Origin: Spirochaetia bacterium
GTDB lineage: Bacteria > Spirochaetota > Spirochaetia > SZUA-6 > Bin103
DNA length: 64,000 nt
Assembly (NCBI GenBank): GCA_965203515.1
Contig: OZ241907.1
Location: 1,184,001 to 1,248,000 of the forward strand
Direction: 5' to 3'
Positions 57,227-64,000 of the stretch are shown piece by piece (the stretch's first letter is position 1; each line of letters starts with the position of its first letter). Below the pieces are notes generated by a model. The model saw only the letters and a list, made by a program, of their open reading frames with translations, did no database searches and was not told the origin of the DNA. The position numbers were made by a program, and so were the translations under genes.

Positions 57227-58177
57227 GTGTCGGACCGATTGATCGGCGTCGACCGCCAGCCGCTTGGCGGCTCTTTCCGGGAACGGCCAAGAGCGTATGC
57301 CCGCAGACGGAGCGCCGGCGGGCGCGTTGCCGATCTGCTCGTGCACGGCGTGCTGCTGCTGCTGGTGGTGCTCACGATCATACCGTTCTACTACATGCTG
57401 GTGCTCTCGCTCGCCCGCTTCGAGGACGTCGCCGGCGGCGCCTTCTACCTCATCCCCCGACACATCGACTTCGCCTCCTACGCATTGATCTTCGAGGATG
57501 ACACGATACCGCGGGCGTTTCTGGTCAGCACCGCGGTCACCGTCGTCGGCACCGCCGTGAGCATGCTGGTCACCACCTCGGCCGCATACGCGCTGTCCAA
57601 GAAGGGCCTGCCCGGACGCAACGCCATCTTCACCTACATCATCATCACCATGTTCTTCTCCGGCGGCCTCATCCCCTCCTACCTGGTGATGAAGGACCTG
57701 GGGTTCGTCGACAGCTACCTGGTGATGATCCTGCCGCTCTCCCTCAACACCTTCTTCCTCATCCTCATGAAGAACTATTTCCTGACCATTCCCGAATCCC
57801 TGGAGGAGTCGGCGAAGATCGACGGGGCGAACGACATCCTCATCATGATCCGCATCGTGATACCGATCGCCGCCCCGATCATGGCGACGATCTCGCTCTT
57901 CTATGCGGTCGCCTTCTGGAACGACTGGTTCTTCCCGATGCTCTTCCTGCAGGATCCCGACAAGTACCCGCTGCAGCTCCTGCTGCGCAAGATCGTCGTG
58001 GAGCAGGAGATGGCGAACCGTCTGGATCGCGTGTCGGTGATGTTCGGCCGGCACTATTACCGGCTGTCCGTACAGATGGCCACGGTCGCGGTGGCGACGC
58101 TGCCGATCCTCCTCGTGTATCCCTTCGTGCAAAAGTATTTTGCCAGAGGGATCATGATCGGAGCGATCAAGGCATAG
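57227..58177 (+). CDS. Carbohydrate ABC transporter permease (LplC-like)
   Basis: MFFSGGLIP, LEESAKIDGA, YAVAFWNDWF, YPFVQKYF. Confidence 0.93.
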   Translation: MSDRLIGVDRQPLGGSFRERPRAYARRRSAGGRVADLLVHGVLLLLVVLTIIPFYYMLVLSLARFEDVAGGAFYLIPRHIDFASYALIFEDDTIPRAFLVSTAVTVVGTAVSMLVTTSAAYALSKKGLPGRNAIFTYIIITMFFSGGLIPSYLVMKDLGFVDSYLVMILPLSLNTFFLILMKNYFLTIPESLEESAKIDGANDILIMIRIVIPIAAPIMATISLFYAVAFWNDWFFPMLFLQDPDKYPLQLLLRKIVVEQEMANRLDRVSVMFGRHYYRLSVQMATVAVATLPILLVYPFVQKYFARGIMIGAIKA

Positions 58178-58232
58178 CATGATCGACCTTATCCGGGCGC
58201 ATGCCCGGCAAAACACAAGGCAGGAGATTACG

Positions 58233-59852
58233 ATGAGAAGACTCATCAGGATGCTGGCGGCGGCGGTCGTACAGCTGACGGTAGTTGCGGCGCTCGGCTT
58301 CGCGGAAGGCGCGCAGGAGCAGGCGGCCGGCGAACGGGTCGAGGTCACCCTGGGGAGCATCAACATCGGTGCGGCGTTCCCGGAGGGAGTCGAAGATCCG
58401 ATGCGCGACTACATCGAGGAGCGATTCAACATCACCTTGACGCCCAAGGACTACAACTGGGGCGACCTGGAGACCAAGATCAACACCTGGGCGGCTTCGG
58501 CGACCCTTCCCGACGTGTTCTTCATCGCCCACATCGGTACCGGCCGGTACTTTCAGTGGATCCAAGACGGGGTGGTCAGGGCCCTGCCGGAGGACCTGTC
58601 GGCCTGGCCGGACCTGGAGTGGACGGTCGACAACACCGGCGTGCGGGAGTACGACGTGGACGGACGGACCTACGCGCTGCCGAGAGGCGGGGCGAAGGTG
58701 CTTCCTTCCAGCCATCCGGAGCTGGCGACCTCCAACCTGTCGTGGGGCGGTCGGACGCTGTTCGTGCGCAAGGACTGGATGGAGAAGCTCGGCATCGATG
58801 ACCCGCAGACCGCCGAGGAGTTCATCGAGATGTGCGTGAGGTTTGCCACCGAAGACCCGGACGGCAACGGCGAGGACGACACCATGGGCTTCTCCTTGCG
58901 GGCGATCTGGCCGTTCCACAGTCAGACGTTCGGCTACGGATTCACCGACGGGGCATGGATCGAGGTGGACGGCGAGTACCACCTGGGCCACACCACCAGA
59001 GCGGCCTTCGAGCTGTTCGGCTTCCTGCGCGAGCTCTATCGGCGCGGCGGCCTGGACCCGGACTTCGTGTTGAATACCGGCGGGTTCGATTCCGTCGACC
59101 TGTTCGCGACCGACAAGGCCGGGCTCACGAACTTCCAGTCCGTGCCCGTGCACTACAACGGATTCGTGGAACGATGGAATCAGTTCAATCCGGACCGGCC
59201 GTTCTTCGACCACGTGAAGGTGCTGCGGCCGTTCCCGGTCGAAGGCTACGATTTCCACGCCATCGGGCGCGCCGGGGAGACCGGCTTCTGGTCGGAGAGC
59301 TACGTCGCCGGCACCGTCGACGACGAGAAGATGGACCGCATCCTCGACCTCTACGACTGGCTCTACAGCTCGGAAGGGACGATGACGGTCATGTTCGGGG
59401 TCGAGGGACAGGACTACCGGATGGACGGCGCCGACATCGTGCCGCTGAAGACCGATGCCGACGGCGCCATGCAGCTGGCGAGCGATCTCTATCCGATCAT
59501 GAGCGCCGCCGGCGGGTTCTCCTACCTGGCCAACTGGCCGGAAGACGCGGTGCAATACGTCAATCCGAAGTTCCCGGCGGAGGTGCGGAACGCGTCGATC
59601 GCGGAGATCGAGTGGTTCCACTCGGTCGGCGGCCGGGACACGCCGGCGATCGCGGCCGTGCAGGCGATCGACGTGCCCGAAAAGCAGAACCTGACCATCG
59701 ACGTCGGGGCCTCCTGGGCGCGCTTCATCCTGGACGATTCCGGGAAGTCGGACGAAGAGCTCTATCAGGAGATGATCGCCGAGTGGAACGCCAACGGCTA
59801 TGCGGACGCCGTGCGGGCGATCACCGCCAAGGCCAGGGAGATGGGCCTGTAG
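58233..59852 (+). CDS. Extracellular solute-binding protein (LplA-like)
   Basis: CAGGAG RBS before ATG 58233; signal peptide; LPDVF, RKDWMEKLG, DPDGNGEDDT, FGVEGQDY. Confidence 0.9.
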   Translation: MRRLIRMLAAAVVQLTVVAALGFAEGAQEQAAGERVEVTLGSINIGAAFPEGVEDPMRDYIEERFNITLTPKDYNWGDLETKINTWAASATLPDVFFIAHIGTGRYFQWIQDGVVRALPEDLSAWPDLEWTVDNTGVREYDVDGRTYALPRGGAKVLPSSHPELATSNLSWGGRTLFVRKDWMEKLGIDDPQTAEEFIEMCVRFATEDPDGNGEDDTMGFSLRAIWPFHSQTFGYGFTDGAWIEVDGEYHLGHTTRAAFELFGFLRELYRRGGLDPDFVLNTGGFDSVDLFATDKAGLTNFQSVPVHYNGFVERWNQFNPDRPFFDHVKVLRPFPVEGYDFHAIGRAGETGFWSESYVAGTVDDEKMDRILDLYDWLYSSEGTMTVMFGVEGQDYRMDGADIVPLKTDADGAMQLASDLYPIMSAAGGFSYLANWPEDAVQYVNPKFPAEVRNASIAEIEWFHSVGGRDTPAIAAVQAIDVPEKQNLTIDVGASWARFILDDSGKSDEELYQEMIAEWNANGYADAVRAITAKAREMGL

Positions 59853-59866
59853 GCAGATCCGCTTCC

Positions 59867-59895
59867 GTACCCGGGGGCGGCGCGCCCCCGGGTAC
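59867..59895. terminator. Perfect 13-bp hairpin after the SBP gene (terminator or mRNA-stabilising stem)
   Basis: GTACCCGGGGGCG-GCG-CGCCCCCGGGTAC; no clear U-tract. Confidence 0.5.
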
Positions 59896-59947
59896 TCCTG
59901 ACGCGCGGGTTTGGGCAGGCCGGGACATCCGGTAGAATCGCCGCGTC

Positions 59948-60895
59948 ATGGCTTTCAAGTACTCCTTGCAGTGCGACACGCTGCCCTGGGTCGGATACAA
60001 CGTTCTCGAAGAGCCCGACGCGGTGCTCCGGGCGGCCAGGGAGGCCGGCTACGACGGCGTCGACCTGCCGGGCAATCCGCAGGCGATCGATGCCCGCGAA
60101 TGGCGCGCGCGCGTCGAGGATGCCGGTCTGGCGGTGCCGGAGGTGCTGGCCGCCTGGGGTTACTACCACGCGGGCGAGGAGCGCAACCTGGCCAGCACCG
60201 ATCCGGCCAAGCGGGCGCATGCGGTGCGGTACGCCATCGACACCGTCGATCTGGCGGCGGACCTGGGGGCGACCTTCACGGAGCTGTGCGCGGCGCAGCC
60301 GGCGGTTCCGCAGTTGCCGTTCCCGCTCGAGCCGGTGCGGACGCTGCGCGACAACTTCCGGCGGTCGATCCGGGAGGTCTGCGCGCACGCCGCGACGCGG
60401 GGCATCACCATCCTGCTGGAGCCGCTCAACACCTACGAGGGGCTCCCGGGGGTGCTGACCACCGTGTACGAGGCGGTCAACTACGTCGACGAGTTGGGGC
60501 TCGACAACCTCGGCGTGCAGCCGGACGTGTTCCACATGAACGTCGAGGAGGGCTCGATCCCGGACGCGCTGCGCTACGCGGGCTCGCGCATCGAGCATTT
60601 CCACCTCAACGAGACCAACCACTGCCAGCACGGCACCGGCCACGCGGACTATCAGGAGATATTCCGCATCCTCAAGGGGATCGGCTACGACGGCTACCTG
60701 TGCACGTACCTGCCGAAGACCACGCAGGCGGTCCTGCAGAGCGCGCCGGGCAATCCGTTCCTGCCGGACGGCATGTCCTCCGGCGGCGGGGCGCGGCCGG
60801 ACCTGGTCGAGGTCCTGACCGGCCTGCTCGGCTTCCTGCGAGAGACCGAGCGCGCGGTCGACCGGTCGCGCGCGTTCTACGAGGCCAGCGGCTAG
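59948..60895 (+). CDS. Sugar phosphate isomerase/epimerase (xylose-isomerase-like TIM barrel; ketose 3-epimerase-like)
   Basis: GYDGVDL, LEPLNTYE, DVFHMNVEE, HFHLNE, GTGH, IGYDG. Confidence 0.85.
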   Translation: MAFKYSLQCDTLPWVGYNVLEEPDAVLRAAREAGYDGVDLPGNPQAIDAREWRARVEDAGLAVPEVLAAWGYYHAGEERNLASTDPAKRAHAVRYAIDTVDLAADLGATFTELCAAQPAVPQLPFPLEPVRTLRDNFRRSIREVCAHAATRGITILLEPLNTYEGLPGVLTTVYEAVNYVDELGLDNLGVQPDVFHMNVEEGSIPDALRYAGSRIEHFHLNETNHCQHGTGHADYQEIFRILKGIGYDGYLCTYLPKTTQAVLQSAPGNPFLPDGMSSGGGARPDLVEVLTGLLGFLRETERAVDRSRAFYEASG

Positions 60896-60927
60896 GGAGC
60901 CGGCGGCTTTTGAGGCCGGCGGTTCGA

Positions 60928-61614
60928 TCAGGATGGCGGCGTGAGCGGACCCCACACCATCAGGTGCCGGTCCGACACCCGCTCGACGCGCAGGTGCGCC
61001 AAGCCGGCCGCGGCGAGCTGCGCGGCCACCTCCGCCGGGCGGTAGGCGGCCAGCAACGAGTGATGGAAGTCGCGCCGCAACGCCTCGGCCTCGTCCGCCG
61101 CATAGGCGCTCACCGTCGCCGCGGCATCCTCCGGCGTATCCGGGCGCAGCAGATCCATCACGAACAGGTGCGCGCGCGGCGACAGCCAGTCCTGCAGCAC
61201 CGCCCAGAGGTCGGCAGGGTCGCTCAGGTGGTGCAGCAAGCTGTTCGACAGGCCCAGGTCGTAGCCGCCGAGCCGGCGGGGACGCGGCGGCTCGACGCCG
61301 CCGGCCGCAATGCGCATGACGCGGAAGCGGATGCGGTGCGCGTCGGCGGCCGGCGTCGCCTGCCGCGCGTATTCGATCATCGGCGGCGACCCGTCGATGC
61401 CGTCGAAGCTCCAGCGCGGGCGAGCCGCGGCCAGCCGCCGCACGATGTCGCCCGGCCCGCAGCCCAGATCGACGCACGCCGCCGCCGGCGCGTCCGGCGC
61501 CCGGTCCAGCACCCAGGAACTGAACAGCGCGTTCGGTTCCTCGAAGTCCGCCTGCGCATAGGCGCGCACCTGTTCGGCGCCGGTCATCAGCTCGGGCTCC
61601 GGAACGCGTTGCAT
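60928..61614 (-). CDS. Class I SAM-dependent methyltransferase
   Basis: MQRVPEPELM, YAQADF, VDLGCGPGD, GIDGS, SNSLLHHL, DLLRP. Confidence 0.9.
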   Translation of the reverse strand: MQRVPEPELMTGAEQVRAYAQADFEEPNALFSSWVLDRAPDAPAAACVDLGCGPGDIVRRLAAARPRWSFDGIDGSPPMIEYARQATPAADAHRIRFRVMRIAAGGVEPPRPRRLGGYDLGLSNSLLHHLSDPADLWAVLQDWLSPRAHLFVMDLLRPDTPEDAAATVSAYAADEAEALRRDFHHSLLAAYRPAEVAAQLAAAGLAHLRVERVSDRHLMVWGPLTPPS

Positions 61615-61640
61615 CGGCCCCTCGCTCCTCCCCTCGACCC

Positions 61641-62846
61641 TCAAGGCTCGAACGGATGGACGAACAGACCGCTGCGCAGCTTCGGCTCGATCCAGGTGCT
61701 CTTCGGCGGCATGACCGCGCCGGCATCGGCGACCGTCAGCATCTGATCGACCGTCGGCGGGAACAGCGAGAACCCGACCGAGGCGTTGCCGGCGTCGACC
61801 AGCCGGTCGAGGCGGGCGACGCTGTCGCGCCCGCCCACCGGGATGAACCGGTCGTCCGTGCGCGGGTCGCCCACGCCGAGCACCGGCGCCAGAACGGTCC
61901 GGTGCAGCCGCTCCGCATCGAGCGACGCGACCGGACCGCTGCCGGCCGGCCGCTCCAGATGGAGCTGGCGCCAGCCGGAACGGAGCCGTATCGCAAAGCT
62001 GCCGGCCCGCTCCGGTACCGGTTCCGCCGGCTGCACCAGCCGGCCCAGTTCGTCCAGGCGCCGCAGCAGCTCGCCCTCGCCGTACGGGCCCAGACCGCGG
62101 ATCGCCCGGTTGTACGCCAGGATGCGCAGCTCCTCGGCGGGGAAGAGCACTGCCGGGAAGTGCGCGGGCGCGCCCCCGGCCGCCGCCAATCGCGCCGCGG
62201 CGGCCGACCGATGATGGCCGTCGGCCACGTAGAGGCGCGGAACCTGCGCGAACGCGGCGACCAGAGCCGCCGCATCCGGCGCGCGCCATACCGAGTGGCG
62301 CACACCGTCGTCGGCGACGGCGGTCAGCAGCGGTTCGCCGCGGACCGAGCGGGCCAGCAACCCGCGCAGGTCGGCAGCGTCGCGAAAGGTGAGCAGTACC
62401 GGCTCCGGATGGGCGCCCAGGGCGCGCATGAGGCGCACGCGGTCATCCTCCTGCGCGGCGCGCGTGCGCTCGTGCGTGCGGATCAGTCCGGCGTCGTAGT
62501 CGGCGGCGCGCACGCAGGCGGCGACGCCGGTCTGCCGGTGGGCGCCGTCCTCCATCCGGTAGAGGTAGAGCGCCGGCGAGGGTTCCCGGACCAGGACGCG
62601 CCGCTCCTGCAGGTCGATCAGGTTGCGGCGCGCGCGCGCGTAGACCTGCGCGTCGCCGGCGTCGACGTCGTCGGGCAGGTCGACCTCGGCGCGCACCACG
62701 CGCAGGAAGTTGCGTCGGTCGCCGCGCGCCATGGCGGCGGCTTCGGCGCGGGTCGGCACGTCGAAGGGCGGCGAGACGACCGCCTGCGCCTGCTCCGGCG
62801 CGGGCAGCCATGGCCGGAACGGGACGATGGTCATGGATCGGTCCAT
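61641..62846 (-). CDS. DUF1015 family protein
   Basis: PPFDV, HERT, YVADGHHRSAAA, MPPKSTWIEPKLRSGL. Confidence 0.9.
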   Translation of the reverse strand: MDRSMTIVPFRPWLPAPEQAQAVVSPPFDVPTRAEAAAMARGDRRNFLRVVRAEVDLPDDVDAGDAQVYARARRNLIDLQERRVLVREPSPALYLYRMEDGAHRQTGVAACVRAADYDAGLIRTHERTRAAQEDDRVRLMRALGAHPEPVLLTFRDAADLRGLLARSVRGEPLLTAVADDGVRHSVWRAPDAAALVAAFAQVPRLYVADGHHRSAAAARLAAAGGAPAHFPAVLFPAEELRILAYNRAIRGLGPYGEGELLRRLDELGRLVQPAEPVPERAGSFAIRLRSGWRQLHLERPAGSGPVASLDAERLHRTVLAPVLGVGDPRTDDRFIPVGGRDSVARLDRLVDAGNASVGFSLFPPTVDQMLTVADAGAVMPPKSTWIEPKLRSGLFVHPFEP

Positions 62847-62923
62847 GATGCCCGATCGGCAGCCGCCGGAACAGGGCGTCGGCGATCTCCGGCATACCGG
62901 ATCTCCGGCATAATGGCCGCGTC

Positions 62924-63784
62924 ATGAGCGAACCATTGCGTATCCTGTCGATCGGCGCCCACCCGGCCGACGTCTTCGATCAGTCCGGGGGCACGATGGC
63001 CCACCACGCCGCGCGCGGCGACTGGGTCGGCTGCGTCGTGCTGACCCATGGAGCGCGGGTGCACGACCAGGTCATCAGCGAAGAGATGTTCCACCGCGAC
63101 GCCGTTCCGGCAGCCGACGAGCTGCGGAACACCATGCGGGAGCGCGCCGCCGTCAAGGAGGCGGAGACCCGCGCCGCCTGCGCCGCCCTGGGGGTCGAGC
63201 ACATCGTATTCTTCGGCGCCGACGACGCGGTGCTGCTGATCACCGAGCAGGTCGTGCGGCGGCTGGCGCGCGTGCTGCGCGAGCTCCGGCCCGACCTGGT
63301 GCTGACCCACTTCCCCAAGGAGGACGACGGGATCACCGGCCCGCACGCGATCGCCGGCCAGATCGTCATGCATGCGCTGCGGCTTGCCGGCAGCGTCGAC
63401 CCCGGCGACCGCAACCCGCCGCATCGCGCCGCGCAGGTCTTCTACTTCGGGATCGGCGCGGCCGCTACGCGCCGCGGCCTGTGGGATCAGACCGGCGGGT
63501 ATGCCTGCGACGTGTTCGTGGACATCACCGACGTGGCGGAGAAGAAGCTCGCCGCGCTCGACGCGCTGGTCAGCCAGGGCTACGGCGGTGCGTACGCGCG
63601 CAAGCGGATCGAGACCTCGGACGGCGCATTCGGGCTGGCGGGCAACTGCGCCTACGGCGAGGGGTTCATCTCCTGCAATCCCTCCACCCACTACTACCTG
63701 CCGGTCACCGATCACGCCCTGCGCCAGGCGCGCGCCTCCGATCACGAAGTGATGGACGGCTATTCCTTCCGGCTGCCGGTCTGA
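62924..63784 (+). CDS. PIG-L/LmbE-family metalloprotein (HPAD variant)
   Basis: IGAHPAD, GGTMAHH, LTHG, RPDLVLTH, VDITDVAEKK. Confidence 0.82.
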   Translation: MSEPLRILSIGAHPADVFDQSGGTMAHHAARGDWVGCVVLTHGARVHDQVISEEMFHRDAVPAADELRNTMRERAAVKEAETRAACAALGVEHIVFFGADDAVLLITEQVVRRLARVLRELRPDLVLTHFPKEDDGITGPHAIAGQIVMHALRLAGSVDPGDRNPPHRAAQVFYFGIGAAATRRGLWDQTGGYACDVFVDITDVAEKKLAALDALVSQGYGGAYARKRIETSDGAFGLAGNCAYGEGFISCNPSTHYYLPVTDHALRQARASDHEVMDGYSFRLPV

Positions 63785-63814
63785 ACATCGGCCGCCCGGA
63801 CATCGGCGGCCCGG

Positions 63815-64000
63815 TCAGTACACCTCCGGGACGAAGCGCTGACTGTCGATCGGCGGCCGGTCCGGATCGGGATCGATCTGCCGCTCGGGCAGCGTGACGG
63901 GGTCGGGAACGTCGTAGCGATACGGAAACCGGCTCAGCAGGTGGTGGATGCAGTTGAGACGGGCCTTCCGCTTGCTGTCCGACCTGATCACGTACCACGG
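63815..64000 (-). CDS. ppk2: Polyphosphate kinase 2, C-terminal fragment (5' part outside the window)
   Basis: Hand translation of the minus strand from 64000: PWYVIRSDSKRKARLNCIHHLLSRFPY...RPP...VPEVY-stop, typical of a class I PPK2 C-terminus. Not present in the ORF track. Confidence 0.85.
   Translation of the reverse strand, partial: PWYVIRSDSKRKARLNCIHHLLSRFPYRYDVPDPVTLPERQIDPDPDRPPIDSQRFVPEVY

Overview
Very GC-rich bacterial chromosomal segment. The rpsB and ssb sequences, the gene orders rpsF-ssb-DUF2232-rplI-dnaB and maf-rpsB-tsf-frr-cdsA-rseP, and the style of the solute-binding-protein signal peptides suggest a Spirochaetota member (inference, not proven). The window mixes a housekeeping core (PBP1A, mutL, rpsF, ssb, rplI, dnaB, rseP, cdsA, frr, tsf, rpsB, maf, type-2 IPP isomerase, nfo, thrS, tRNA-Arg(CCG), ppk2 3' end) with catabolic and ABC-transport clusters. 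The most unusual features are: (1) a 9.0-11.9 kb module with an Rpn-family nuclease carrying a strong internal RBS for a nested small protein, head-to-head with a lipoprotein gene that is switched out of frame by a G18 tract and encodes ten ~40-aa GSGY-x3-P-x-V-T-F repeats; (2) a promoter-linked ~125-nt three-stem structured RNA candidate upstream of PBP1A; (3) an ankyrin gene frameshifted by an exact 8-bp tandem duplication; (4) absence of rpsR, uppS and dxr from their usual operon slots, with a type-2 IPP isomerase next door; (5) many apparently leaderless genes and many short tandem duplications. Product calls come from recognising motifs by eye; no database searches were run.
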